From an uncultured Alphaproteobacteria bacterium (lineage in GTDB: Bacteria; Pseudomonadota; Alphaproteobacteria; HIMB59): a stretch of 64,000 nt of DNA. The stretch covers positions 22,602-86,601 of the forward strand of contig CABYTH010000001.1 of the NCBI GenBank assembly GCA_902521835.1. Reading direction: 5' to 3'. A program made the position numbers and the translations under genes. The notes beneath the pieces are model-generated. The model worked only from the letters and a program-made list of their open reading frames with translations, searched no databases and was not told the DNA's origin. Shown in pieces: positions 1 to 9,678 of the stretch (position 1 is the first letter of the stretch; every line of letters starts with the position of its first letter).

Positions 1-455
1 ATGTTGAGAGCATTTCTATTAAAGAGGACAACGTCTTGATAGCAAACAAATATCTTACTGAATACACATTAAAATCAACAAAAACAGGAAATATTTACGA
101 AATTCACGGCTCAAATAATCAATTGCAACTCAGTCCTGTTGAGTGCCTTGACATTCAAGATAGCTTTATTAATTCATTTCAAAAGAAAAACACCGAATTA
201 TTTCAAACTGAAGTTAAACAATTTCCAAATAAACTTAAAAGTAAAACAACCTGGGAAATTTATCTTAGCAATAAATCTAATAGTAGTGAGTTAATTTTCT
301 CAGTTACTTGTGATTATAGCTTTAATAATAGGAGAATGGATATAATTTTAACTGATAGTGCTTATTTGAGTAATGAAAATTCGAACTATGAAAATTTACT
401 TGATGAAAATAAAGAAAATATTTCAAAAGAAGAAATTGATACTAGTGGAATTTAG
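1..455 (+). CDS. Hypothetical protein, probably 5'-truncated by the window edge
   Basis: The frame of ORF 36..455 stays open back to the window start; no recognisable motif. Confidence 0.5.
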   Translation, partial: VESISIKEDNVLIANKYLTEYTLKSTKTGNIYEIHGSNNQLQLSPVECLDIQDSFINSFQKKNTELFQTEVKQFPNKLKSKTTWEIYLSNKSNSSELIFSVTCDYSFNNRRMDIILTDSAYLSNENSNYENLLDENKENISKEEIDTSGI

Positions 456-669
456 TAACTAGAGATAACATATTAATAATTATATAAGACTTTATTTCTG
501 ATTTAAGTTGATCATAAGTTTCAGGTAATTTATCACTAAGCTGGAAAGCAAAGTCTATAATTTCATAAGCTTCATCTTTACTCATATAAATCTCATTACA
601 TAGGTCATAGGCAAGTTTTTCTCTTATTAATATTAAAGAAGCTAATGATCTCTTTTGTTTTTTTTTCAA
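442..669 (-). CDS. Small hypothetical protein
   Basis: 75-aa ORF directly downstream of, and co-oriented with, the pxp operon genes; start uncertain. Confidence 0.45.
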   Translation of the reverse strand: MKKKQKRSLASLILIREKLAYDLCNEIYMSKDEAYEIIDFAFQLSDKLPETYDQLKSEIKSYIIINMLSLVTKFH

Positions 670-670
670 A

Positions 671-1219
671 CTATTTTTTTGTTGGTTTCTTAAGTTTCAT
701 TCCGGTTCCTCCAAGTTGCATGCCACCAGAACCTTTACACAAACTTTTCTTTTCTTTGTCACACTTTTCTATCTTCTTATCTTTTTTCTCTTCTTTTTTG
801 ACAACCTCTTTTTCTTCTTTCTTTTCTTCTGATTTTACTTCCTGATTTACAATTTTTGTATCTGAGGAAGGCTCAACATTTTGAACTGTGTTGACAGATC
901 CAACCTGAATATTAGAGAGCATTTCTAATATTTGATCTTGTTTTGATAGTTTATCTTTCTGTTTTGCCTTCCAAGATTTTGGTAGTTTTAAATCGATACA
1001 ACTCTCAGAACCGCAAAAAAGGACATCCCCAGTTTCATTATCAAATAAAAAACCACCGCAATTTTCAACACCTTTTTGAGTACAATTTGGGATGTGCATC
1101 TCATACTCTGCATTCAAATTCATCGATAATAATGGCAAACTTAGAAGAAGTACAAAAATATATCTCATCAACTTATAATGTATCATTTGTAGAAAAAATT
1201 TTCTAAATCTTTTATTCAT
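671..1219 (-). CDS. Hypothetical exported protein (probable true start ~1168, MRYIF...)
   Basis: Signal-peptide-like MRYIFVLLLSLPLLSMNLNA, Cys-containing N-domain, K/E-rich low-complexity tail. Confidence 0.6.
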   Translation of the reverse strand: MNKRFRKFFLQMIHYKLMRYIFVLLLSLPLLSMNLNAEYEMHIPNCTQKGVENCGGFLFDNETGDVLFCGSESCIDLKLPKSWKAKQKDKLSKQDQILEMLSNIQVGSVNTVQNVEPSSDTKIVNQEVKSEEKKEEKEVVKKEEKKDKKIEKCDKEKKSLCKGSGGMQLGGTGMKLKKPTKK

Positions 1220-1826
1220 ACTTAAAACTCTCTCCAGGTAATGTTGATTTCATAAAATCATTCTTGGTAATATTTTCTAACCATTTTTTTAATTTAATAT
1301 TATTGTCTCCCCAAGCATCAGTAAATCTAAATGATGTATAGTCTAATGCACAGGCAACAGATATTTGATCAATCGTTAACTTGTCAGTCACGAACTCATC
1401 ATATTTTCTTTCAATCCAATCAATGGATCTTAAAATTTTTTTCTCATATCGCTCTATAGATTTATGTCTTTGCTCTAATTCTGGTATAGCTGACATTTCT
1501 ATATAACGATTAACTGCATTTTCCATAATTCCATTTGAAACACTTATCATTGTCATACTTTCCCAATAACGATCTTTTGGATATATAGAGTCTTTTTTTG
1601 AAATACTATCAAAGTACAAACAAATATTATCACTGTCTGTGATCGTTTTATCACCAACTATTAAAGTAGGAACTTGTCTTAATGGATTAAATTCATCTAG
1701 AAATCTTGATTTATAAATATTTATCTTTTCTTCTTTATGAGCAACGTCTAATACAAGAGCAGATATTTTACATTTTCTTCCAAAAGGAGATGTAGGCCCA
1801 TTATATAAAAGTGGAGTATCTGTCAT
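1212..1826 (-). CDS. Glutathione S-transferase family protein
   Basis: N-terminal TSPFGRK, NPLRQVPTL and DSDNI motifs; C-terminal ACALDYTSFRF. Confidence 0.85.
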   Translation of the reverse strand: MTDTPLLYNGPTSPFGRKCKISALVLDVAHKEEKINIYKSRFLDEFNPLRQVPTLIVGDKTITDSDNICLYFDSISKKDSIYPKDRYWESMTMISVSNGIMENAVNRYIEMSAIPELEQRHKSIERYEKKILRSIDWIERKYDEFVTDKLTIDQISVACALDYTSFRFTDAWGDNNIKLKKWLENITKNDFMKSTLPGESFKYE

Positions 1827-2045
1827 TTAATCTATTATTATAGCAACAGTGCCAGGGCTTACACCCTCTTGGTCATTCCTAATGTTAACTTGAGTTATCG
1901 TTCCACTAACTGGAGCGTTATGATTGACCTCTGATTTCATAACTTCCATAATAAATAATATATCCCCCTCACTTACTTCATCACCAACTTCAACTAAAAC
2001 TTTCCATATGTTACCTGGAACTGACGTTAAAACTTCTGTAGACAT
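1827..2045 (-). CDS. Stand-alone biotin carboxyl carrier (biotin/lipoyl attachment) protein
   Basis: VPGNIWKVLVEVGDEV...MEVMKSE (biotinyl-Lys motif)...APVSGTI. Confidence 0.9.
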   Translation of the reverse strand: MSTEVLTSVPGNIWKVLVEVGDEVSEGDILFIMEVMKSEVNHNAPVSGTITQVNIRNDQEGVSPGTVAIIID

Positions 2046-2046
2046 G

Positions 2047-3015
2047 TTATATGACACTTCCCATTGAGCAGATGGAGGTTTGTTCAGATCTCATTTCCTG
2101 TGCCTCTTGCACACTTATTTCTTTAAACTTAAATTTTTCATTTGGTTTAGCTTGTCCTAATTTCCAAAAAGAGGCTGATGGAACAGTAAAAGGTACAATA
2201 AACCCACCCATACTAGGCCCATCATTTACGAGTATTATTGGCGTTTGACCCGCCAAATTAATACCACCAATTGGGTAGCCCTGATCTATTATATTTGAGG
2301 GTTCATAGCCATGTTCAGGAGATTTATTTGTAGCTTTTTCGGTAAAACTTAAAGTGGGTCCATCCAACCTAAATCCAGTACGATCACTTCTTGCTTGAAG
2401 TTTCCACTCTGCTTTTAGAAAAGTGTCATATCCTTCATCGTCAAGCCAATCATCATTTGGACCACGTACAACCTCAATTTCCCAAATACCACTATTGCTA
2501 ATTTCTGGAATTGAGTCAGTTCTAATTTTTCTGCCGATCTTCCCATTTGCTTGACCTAAAGGAATTTTTTGACCGTCTTTCAAAGCATGACCATCAATGC
2601 CACCAACGCCTGCTTTGTGAAAAGTTGATTGAGAGTTTAGCCATTTTTCTGACTCAATGCCACCAGCAAAAGACACATAAGATCTTGCACCAGATACTGT
2701 AAAACCCATTTCAAGAGTTTGTCCAGATTTTATTAAAACACTCTCCCACATAGGAATAGAATTTCCATTTATTTTGGGTTGCATATCCGCACCACAGACT
2801 GCAATGACGTGATCTTTTTCAAATTTTAAAGTTGGACCAGTGTACTGACACTCAAGTGCTGCAAAACTCTCCTCATTACCTACAAGTAAATTGGCAAGTC
2901 GAAAAGACCAACTATCCATTGGCCCTGAGGGAGGAAACCCTTGGTTAAGATAACCGACTCTCCCAGGATAATCTTGCACTGATGTTTCTAGTCCTTGTTT
3001 AATAACTTCAAACAT
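2047..3015 (-). CDS. pxpC: PxpC / urea carboxylase-like carboxyltransferase subunit (AHS2 domain)
   Basis: TSVQDYPGRVGY, GFPPSGPMD, ANLLVGN, SDRTGFRL, DGPSMGGF motifs. Confidence 0.85.
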   Translation of the reverse strand: MFEVIKQGLETSVQDYPGRVGYLNQGFPPSGPMDSWSFRLANLLVGNEESFAALECQYTGPTLKFEKDHVIAVCGADMQPKINGNSIPMWESVLIKSGQTLEMGFTVSGARSYVSFAGGIESEKWLNSQSTFHKAGVGGIDGHALKDGQKIPLGQANGKIGRKIRTDSIPEISNSGIWEIEVVRGPNDDWLDDEGYDTFLKAEWKLQARSDRTGFRLDGPTLSFTEKATNKSPEHGYEPSNIIDQGYPIGGINLAGQTPIILVNDGPSMGGFIVPFTVPSASFWKLGQAKPNEKFKFKEISVQEAQEMRSEQTSICSMGSVI

Positions 3016-4278
3016 TTAAAACTTCTTATTGTAATCTAGTTTAGACAACCAGTTTTTATATTTTTTGATGGAAAACTTATGCTCTTCAATTAAATCATAT
3101 CGATATGATTTATCTTCAACTTTTTTTTCAATCATTTCAAACTCATCATAATCACAAGGCACAAATTTAATTCTATCTCCTGGCCTAAATAGACAAATAC
3201 TATCTTTAAAAACATCAAAATTTTTGTCAGGATCCCAAATGGGAACAGGGGTTCTTCCAAAAATTTGATAACCTCCAGGTAGTCTATCAGGATAAATAGC
3301 TGTGGACGATCCCCCCATACCCACAGTTCCTTTTGGTGTCCATGTTCTAGGTGGGTTATACTTTGGAGCGGTTAATTTACACCTAGGGTCAAGCGGCATT
3401 GTAAATGGTAAACCAGGCCAAAAACCGAGCGAAGCCACCCAATACTCAGTTCCAGAGTGAACTCTGACAAAATGATTAACATCATCTAATTGATTTAATT
3501 CTGTAATGAACTCAGGATCTGGCTTTTTCATTGTGATTTTAGCTATATAGTCTTCAATTGCTTCTTTAGTCCATTTGTCAAGATAGACAGTCGGGAAATG
3601 AAAAAGTCTGCTATTTACAACTGTATCATCATTATCTTTCATATCTTTAAGCAATGACTTCAATTCATTAATTAAATCTTGAAAGCCTATATCATCTGGA
3701 TTGTAGTGAACTATCATTGAGGCAAAACATGGGAGTGTTTCGTAAACTCCCTTAATATTTGCTGTCTTAATTAAATTTGATAGTCCCTGCGCTTTAAAGT
3801 TCAATTCTAAATTCATCACATTACCAAATTCTATTAATAAATACTTATCACCACCTGGTAAAAACTTTGGCTCAGGGTAAATTCCTTGAAATATCTCTGA
3901 GGTTTTATCTTTTGTATTCTTTGAATCTAAATTGGGATAAGAGCCATCCTCGTTTATATGTTTTTTTACGGAGAGTTTACTAATATTTAATTTAGGTTGA
4001 GAGATATTATGAGGATACATATTTTTGAAACTAGCATAATCGTCAACATCGAGTTGAGAGAATAAAATATCATCAAGTTTTTTCGATTTGTCTTGAGATA
4101 AATGGCTCTCTAAATTTTCAAATTTTGAAATCTCGTGATTTAAATAATTAAATTCAATATTATTATTTTCTTTTTGCGAGGAACCTATCTTGTTTTTTTT
4201 TAATAACTCATCTTTAGGATTGGATAAATCTATTTTATCAAATAAATCTAAATCTGTATTTTTATATTCTTGAACCAT
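3016..4278 (-). CDS. pxpB: PxpB / carboxyltransferase subunit (AHS1 domain) with ~130-aa N-terminal extension
   Basis: GGDKYLLIEFG, LGFWPGLPF, APKYNPPRTWTPKGTVGMGG, PGGYQIFGRTP. Confidence 0.85.
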   Translation of the reverse strand: MVQEYKNTDLDLFDKIDLSNPKDELLKKNKIGSSQKENNNIEFNYLNHEISKFENLESHLSQDKSKKLDDILFSQLDVDDYASFKNMYPHNISQPKLNISKLSVKKHINEDGSYPNLDSKNTKDKTSEIFQGIYPEPKFLPGGDKYLLIEFGNVMNLELNFKAQGLSNLIKTANIKGVYETLPCFASMIVHYNPDDIGFQDLINELKSLLKDMKDNDDTVVNSRLFHFPTVYLDKWTKEAIEDYIAKITMKKPDPEFITELNQLDDVNHFVRVHSGTEYWVASLGFWPGLPFTMPLDPRCKLTAPKYNPPRTWTPKGTVGMGGSSTAIYPDRLPGGYQIFGRTPVPIWDPDKNFDVFKDSICLFRPGDRIKFVPCDYDEFEMIEKKVEDKSYRYDLIEEHKFSIKKYKNWLSKLDYNKKF

Positions 4279-4283
4279 TGAGT

Positions 4284-6068
4284 TTAAAAATATTTAACTT
4301 TAATTTTTTCTTTGCTCTTAGGTTTATCTGTAAAATCCACTACTTTGACATTTGTAGGTACTGTCGGTTTAATTATTTTATTTTGATTTTCTGCATTACT
4401 ATTAGCATTATGATTTGAATTTTTTGCGCTTGATAAATTATTATCATTAGATTTCTTTTGAGTGTGACCAAACATTCCCTCAAGGATAGTATTTGGATTG
4501 ATATCCTCTTTCTCAAATGTCTCAAATATACTCCCATCCCTAAAAACTAAAACTCGATGACATAGTCCTATGAATTCCTCGAGTTCACTTGATAGAAATA
4601 TCGCTGTACCACCTTCATTTACAAAATTTCTTAAGTGCTTATATAAGTCTCGTTTTGCACCAACATCAATACCTCGCGCTGGATCGTTAAGTATCAGTAT
4701 CTTTGGAGTTGTTGTGAAAGCTCTGGCAATCATGACTTTTTGCTGATTTCCTCCACTCAATGAGGTAATTAGATTATTCTTTGGACCTGTTTTAATACTT
4801 AACCTTTCTACTTCCCAATCAAAAATACCGTTTAATTCCATCCATTTAATAAATCCAATAAATCCACCTGATGTTTTAGCTTGTTTTCCTTTATATAAGG
4901 GTATCACCATATTTTCATATATGCTCATGTTAGGAAAAATACCCTCTTTTTTTCTATCCCCAGATACGTATCCAACTCCACTTTTCTTGGCATCTAACAA
5001 GCTATTTACAGTTGTGTAATCTTTCTTGGTTCTTTCTCGTTCCTCATCAGACTGTTTGACAATTACTTCTCCGCTAAGTGGTTGATCAATACCTGCAAGA
5101 GCCTTAACAAAATTATCTTGTCCTTGTCCATCAAGTCCTGTGACTCCAAGTATCTCACCTTTTGGTAGGTCAAAGTTAATAAAATCTCCATTATCCCAAA
5201 CCTTTAAATCTTTAGCAGATAAAACTATTTCATCTGAGATTGAGTTTGGAGGTGTAGCTTTTATTTCTGATGCTGTAGAAAATTTTTTATCACCCGTCAT
5301 TAGTCCGAGGAGATTTTTTTCAGTAATTTCATCTCCTGCTAAAACTCCAACATCAACACCATCTCTCATAACCGTTGCTCTATCACTTATTCTAACTAGC
5401 TCTGCAATTCTGTGAGTTACTATAAAAATTGCTGCACCTTGATCTCTTAATGTTCTCATTTTTGCAAAAAGTCTCTCTGTAGAGTCAAAATCAAGCGCAG
5501 CTGATGACTCATCTAAAATTAGTACTTTAGGATTTCTTAAAAATGCTCTACCAATAGTTATCCAAGCTTTCATACCAAGCGATAATTGACTTGCTATTGT
5601 ATATGGATCGACAAATTCACCGGATAGCTCTAACATTATAGAGGCAGCTTTTTCGACCCTATCTCGATGTGCTAATTTTTTTCCAAAAAAAGAGTCATAT
5701 CCAATAAATAAATTTTCATAAACAGTAGCCTCTTCAGCTATCATTACTTCTTGAAAAACTGTTGCAATACCAACTCTTTGGGCTTCAATTGGGGAATTGG
5801 GTGAATGACCCATAATAGAGACCTTTCCTTTGTCCAAAGGTAAAACTCCTGAAATAACCTTTGCCAATGTGCTCTTACCACATCCATTACCACCGACAAT
5901 GGCGTGTATTTCACCAAAGTTAGCTTTGAAATTTACACCGTTTAGGGCTTTTGTAACACCAAAGGACTTTGATGCATCTTGAACATATATATCTCCTCCG
6001 ACCTTAGAGGAGTTAGACTGTGCCCCATTCCCGTTTGGGGCACTGTCCAAAGTTTTTTCTTCATTCAT
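4284..6068 (-). CDS. Sugar-type (CUT2/RbsA-like) ABC transporter ATPase, two NBDs, with C-terminal tail
   Basis: Walker A GGNGCGKST, ILDESS, LSGGNQQKV, LNDPARGIDVGAK. Confidence 0.92.
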   Translation of the reverse strand: MNEEKTLDSAPNGNGAQSNSSKVGGDIYVQDASKSFGVTKALNGVNFKANFGEIHAIVGGNGCGKSTLAKVISGVLPLDKGKVSIMGHSPNSPIEAQRVGIATVFQEVMIAEEATVYENLFIGYDSFFGKKLAHRDRVEKAASIMLELSGEFVDPYTIASQLSLGMKAWITIGRAFLRNPKVLILDESSAALDFDSTERLFAKMRTLRDQGAAIFIVTHRIAELVRISDRATVMRDGVDVGVLAGDEITEKNLLGLMTGDKKFSTASEIKATPPNSISDEIVLSAKDLKVWDNGDFINFDLPKGEILGVTGLDGQGQDNFVKALAGIDQPLSGEVIVKQSDEERERTKKDYTTVNSLLDAKKSGVGYVSGDRKKEGIFPNMSIYENMVIPLYKGKQAKTSGGFIGFIKWMELNGIFDWEVERLSIKTGPKNNLITSLSGGNQQKVMIARAFTTTPKILILNDPARGIDVGAKRDLYKHLRNFVNEGGTAIFLSSELEEFIGLCHRVLVFRDGSIFETFEKEDINPNTILEGMFGHTQKKSNDNNLSSAKNSNHNANSNAENQNKIIKPTVPTNVKVVDFTDKPKSKEKIKVKYF

Positions 6069-6080
6069 TAATTACTTAAA

Positions 6081-7241
6081 TTAAAGTAATGCTTCTCCAC
6101 GATCGAAGAAATTATTTAAGTATTCATCACTAGCCCAGTTTTCAATTCCAACAGTTCTAAACTCACTTGAGTTTCTGTCACAATCTTCAGGAACAAATGA
6201 CTGAATAGTCTCAACATCTTCTTCATATGGAGGAACTAAGATAGACTGGATTTTAAGACCCTGACCATACATAGTTCTTAAAAGAACATTCATCGCAAAC
6301 TCTGCATCATCTCCAGGAGGCCATGCATAGACCGCTCTGTCGATAAAGTCTGGATTATTTCTCCAATAGCAGAATGCACCAATTTCTCCACCCAAAGCCA
6401 TAGGCACCATTGGTCTTCCAGATGATTCTAGAGCGTTAAGTGCTCCGGACTCTCCTGAAGACTGAACAGCAAATCCGTCAACTTGGATTGTGTTAGCTGA
6501 TAACCATTTTTGAAGTTCAGCTTGAGCAATTTGTGGTGTCCACATGTGTGCAATTTCAGCAACAACAGTAATGTCTGGATATTCTGCAAATCCATCTAGC
6601 ATACCTTGGTGCTGTGAGTCAGATGCTGATGTTCCAGGAATTCCTTCCATGATAACAACATTACCTTCACCACCAATAGTTTCTGCTAACCATTGTGCAA
6701 TATAATATCCGGTTAATTTGTAGTTAACAGATGTACTGATAGCATATTCTGAAGTTAAGTATCCTGTCATTGATGCAGTAGGAACACCTTTTCCGTACGC
6801 ATACTCAATAGTTGGATTTAATGCAACAGGATTTGAGCAACAGACTATTAATCCATCAACTCCTTGATCAGTTAACTGTCTCATTTGTTGAATTTGAACC
6901 GCGTCTTTTAGATTAGATTGTGTAACAACGATATCGTTAAGAATACCTGCTGCTTTCATTTTTGGTAAATAGTCACCATACAATCTCTCCATCACACCTT
7001 TTCTCCATAGATTACCTGCGTAAGAACTTGCATAACCGATAGTCCAAGGAAGTGGTCTATCACTTTTCCAATTTCTGTATACACTTTCACCAAGCGGTTG
7101 GTTAGGATCCATAAAGTCAGGATTATAAACGAAGTCTCTAATATCAGCTGGAATTTCGTCTAAAATGTCAGCATTTAAGTTACCTGCGACACCGACAAAA
7201 CTAACAGCTAAAATAGCTATGAACTTTTTAAGCAATGTCAT
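6081..7241 (-). CDS. ABC transporter periplasmic substrate-binding protein (Peripla_BP/RbsB-like)
   Basis: Signal peptide MTLLKKFIAILAVSFVGVAGNLNA; AGGAGG RBS ~9 nt upstream of ATG 7241; MEGIPGTSAS segment. Confidence 0.88.
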   Translation of the reverse strand: MTLLKKFIAILAVSFVGVAGNLNADILDEIPADIRDFVYNPDFMDPNQPLGESVYRNWKSDRPLPWTIGYASSYAGNLWRKGVMERLYGDYLPKMKAAGILNDIVVTQSNLKDAVQIQQMRQLTDQGVDGLIVCCSNPVALNPTIEYAYGKGVPTASMTGYLTSEYAISTSVNYKLTGYYIAQWLAETIGGEGNVVIMEGIPGTSASDSQHQGMLDGFAEYPDITVVAEIAHMWTPQIAQAELQKWLSANTIQVDGFAVQSSGESGALNALESSGRPMVPMALGGEIGAFCYWRNNPDFIDRAVYAWPPGDDAEFAMNVLLRTMYGQGLKIQSILVPPYEEDVETIQSFVPEDCDRNSSEFRTVGIENWASDEYLNNFFDRGEALL

Positions 7242-7311
7242 AGTTTTATCCTCCTTACTTATATATAAGTATCTATAATAATACCTATATTCTGAAAAAT
7301 ATAAGCAAAAT

Positions 7312-7330
7312 TGTTCCAACATGTGGAAAA
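7312..7330. promoter_or_regulatory. Palindromic operator candidate, copy 1 (TGTTCCA-acatg-TGGAAAA), in the divergent SBP/pxpA promoter
   Basis: 7-5-7 inverted repeat that recurs at 13395 and 19592. Confidence 0.7.
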
Positions 7331-7388
7331 GATTTTCACATAAAAGCCTGATTTTCTGTAAATTATAAATGAGAGGAATTTATTATTC

Positions 7389-8174
7389 ATGGTCGATTTG
7401 AATTGCGATATGGGTGAGGGTTTTGGTATTTACTCCTTCGCAGATGACGAAGAAATAATGCCTTTTATAGATGCTGCTAATGTAGCCTGTGGGTTTCACG
7501 CCTCAGACCCAAACACAATGAGGAAAACTGTCGAGCTCGCAAAAAAATATGATGTGAAAGTTGGATCGCACCCTGCCTATCCTGACTTAGTAGGATTTGG
7601 AAGAAGGCCGATGAAAATGAAACGTGATGAAATCAAAAATCTTGTGATGTATCAAACTGGTGCCATCAAAGCCTTTCTTGATGAGTATGGAATGCCATTA
7701 AACCATATCAAACCTCATGGATCTTTATATGGTGTCTCCGCGAAAGAGGAAGATGTGGCTCATGGAATTGCTGATGCAGCTGAAATTTTTAATGTTGGTA
7801 TTTTTGGAATGGTTAATACTTTTCACGAAAAAGTATACAAAGAAAGAGGAATAAAATTTTACGGAGAATTTTACTCTGACTTGGAATATGATGAAACAGG
7901 TTATTTGGTTATAGCCAAGGGTCGAAATAAATATTATCCAACTGATAGAGCTGTGGAGCGTTGTTTAAGAGCAATGAATGAAAATAAAGTTAAAACTGTT
8001 CAAGGAAACGATGTAGTTGTAGGATGTGAAACAATTTGTGTCCACTCTGACACTCCTAATGCTGTAGAAATCTTAAAGGCTCTGAGAGAAAAAATTTCCT
8101 CTGATAAAAAAATTCCACAAAAAACTTCAAACGGCAATCATAACAAAATGCCTTATATCGTTGATAAGAAATGA
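7389..8174 (+). CDS. pxpA: LamB/YcsF family protein (5-oxoprolinase subunit A-like)
   Basis: DLNCDMGEGFG, ANVACGFHASDP, HPAYPDLVGFGRR, HIKPHGSLY, TICVHSDTP. Confidence 0.92.
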   Translation: MVDLNCDMGEGFGIYSFADDEEIMPFIDAANVACGFHASDPNTMRKTVELAKKYDVKVGSHPAYPDLVGFGRRPMKMKRDEIKNLVMYQTGAIKAFLDEYGMPLNHIKPHGSLYGVSAKEEDVAHGIADAAEIFNVGIFGMVNTFHEKVYKERGIKFYGEFYSDLEYDETGYLVIAKGRNKYYPTDRAVERCLRAMNENKVKTVQGNDVVVGCETICVHSDTPNAVEILKALREKISSDKKIPQKTSNGNHNKMPYIVDKK

Positions 8175-9673
8175 AAAAAATTTTAATTGCTAATCGTGGT
8201 GAAATAGCAAATAGAATTATAAAAAGTTGTAAATTATTAGGGCACAAATCTGTAGCTGTTTATTCAGATGCAGATAAGAATTCAAAGCATGTAAGATTAT
8301 CTGACGAGTCTTATTATATAGGACCTAGTAAAGCTCAGGAAAGTTATCTTTCTTACAATAAGATTTTAGAAATAGCTACAAAATCAAATGTGGATGCTAT
8401 TCATCCCGGTTTTGGTTTTTTATCAGAAAACGACACTTTTGCTCAAGAGGTTATAGACAGAGGTATCACATGGATTGGCCCAAAACCAAAATCAATAAAA
8501 TCAATGGGAAATAAGGACATTGCTCGTGAATTGGCCTTAAATTCCAATATTCCTATTTGTCCAGGCATAAATAATGTTCACAAATTAAGTGATGAACAAC
8601 TTAAGACAAAATGTGAAGAGATTGGCTACCCTTTACTTGTAAAATCAAGTGCTGGCGGTGGGGGGATAGGCATGAGCGTCGTCCAAAATTTCAAAGACCT
8701 AGCCAATTCAATTGAAAAAACTAGTAATCTTGCTGCAAAATCTTTTGGTAATGGAGATATTTTTATTGAGAAATTTATCACCAACGCTCGACATATAGAG
8801 ATACAAGTTTTTGGATTTGGTGCTAAAGGATCTGTACATCTATTCGAAAGAGATTGCTCTATGCAAAGAAGATATCAAAAGATAATTGAGGAGTCTCCGG
8901 CACCAGAGGTAGATAGAGAACTAATAAATAATATGGCACAAGCCGCTGTAAAATTATCTTCTGATGTAAATTACGAAGGAGCTGGAACTGTAGAGTTTAT
9001 ATATGATGTTCAAGAAATGAAATATTATTTTCTTGAGATGAATACAAGAATTCAAGTTGAACATCCTGTTACAGAGTTAGTGACAAATAATGATTTAATT
9101 TCTATGCAAATAAATTTTGCTTTTAATAGAAAAAATAAATTTTTAAATCAAAATAAAATTAAAACTTATGGACATTCAATTGAATGCAGAGTCTATGCAG
9201 AGGATCCATCTCAAAATTTCTTACCATCTCCAGGAAAAATAACTAAATTAAAGTTTCCTAAAATACCAAATGGCATAAGATTAGATTGGGGATACGATGA
9301 AAGAGATGAAGTAAGTTTCTATTATGATCCGATGATAGGAAAAATTATATCTCACGACTTAATTCGAGACGATGCTATATCCAAATTAATAAAATTTTTA
9401 GAAGGCACTCAGATTGAGGGCATTAAGACAAATATCCCTTTTTTAATTTGTCTTCTTAAAGACAAAAACTTCATAGATGGTAAACACAACACTAAATATA
9501 TCGAAAATAATTTAAACACTCTTATTAGTAAGATATCTTTTAAAAATGGCTTTACTAAAAATATTGATTTGGACTCAAAGAGAATTAAAATTGTTGAAAC
9601 AGACAAACTTAAAGTAGGTCATAGAAGATCGCAGTCTGACAGAGGGGGTATCAAAGTCGTTTATTTTGACTAA
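8171..9673 (+). CDS. Biotin carboxylase (AccC-like ATP-grasp) with C-terminal tail
   Basis: KKILIANRGEIA, HPGFGFLSEN, GGGGIGM, RDCSMQRRYQKIIEESP, FLEMNTRIQVEHPVTE, YDPMIGK. Confidence 0.93.
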   Translation: MKKILIANRGEIANRIIKSCKLLGHKSVAVYSDADKNSKHVRLSDESYYIGPSKAQESYLSYNKILEIATKSNVDAIHPGFGFLSENDTFAQEVIDRGITWIGPKPKSIKSMGNKDIARELALNSNIPICPGINNVHKLSDEQLKTKCEEIGYPLLVKSSAGGGGIGMSVVQNFKDLANSIEKTSNLAAKSFGNGDIFIEKFITNARHIEIQVFGFGAKGSVHLFERDCSMQRRYQKIIEESPAPEVDRELINNMAQAAVKLSSDVNYEGAGTVEFIYDVQEMKYYFLEMNTRIQVEHPVTELVTNNDLISMQINFAFNRKNKFLNQNKIKTYGHSIECRVYAEDPSQNFLPSPGKITKLKFPKIPNGIRLDWGYDERDEVSFYYDPMIGKIISHDLIRDDAISKLIKFLEGTQIEGIKTNIPFLICLLKDKNFIDGKHNTKYIENNLNTLISKISFKNGFTKNIDLDSKRIKIVETDKLKVGHRRSQSDRGGIKVVYFD

Positions 9674-9678
9674 TTATA

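Noticed and set aside
4276-4286. Read-through or frameshift fusion of the ABC ATPase tail with the PxpB N-terminal extension
   Set aside because: The stop and the next ATG are 5 nt apart and out of frame, with no obvious slippery site or structure. This is ordinary operon spacing.
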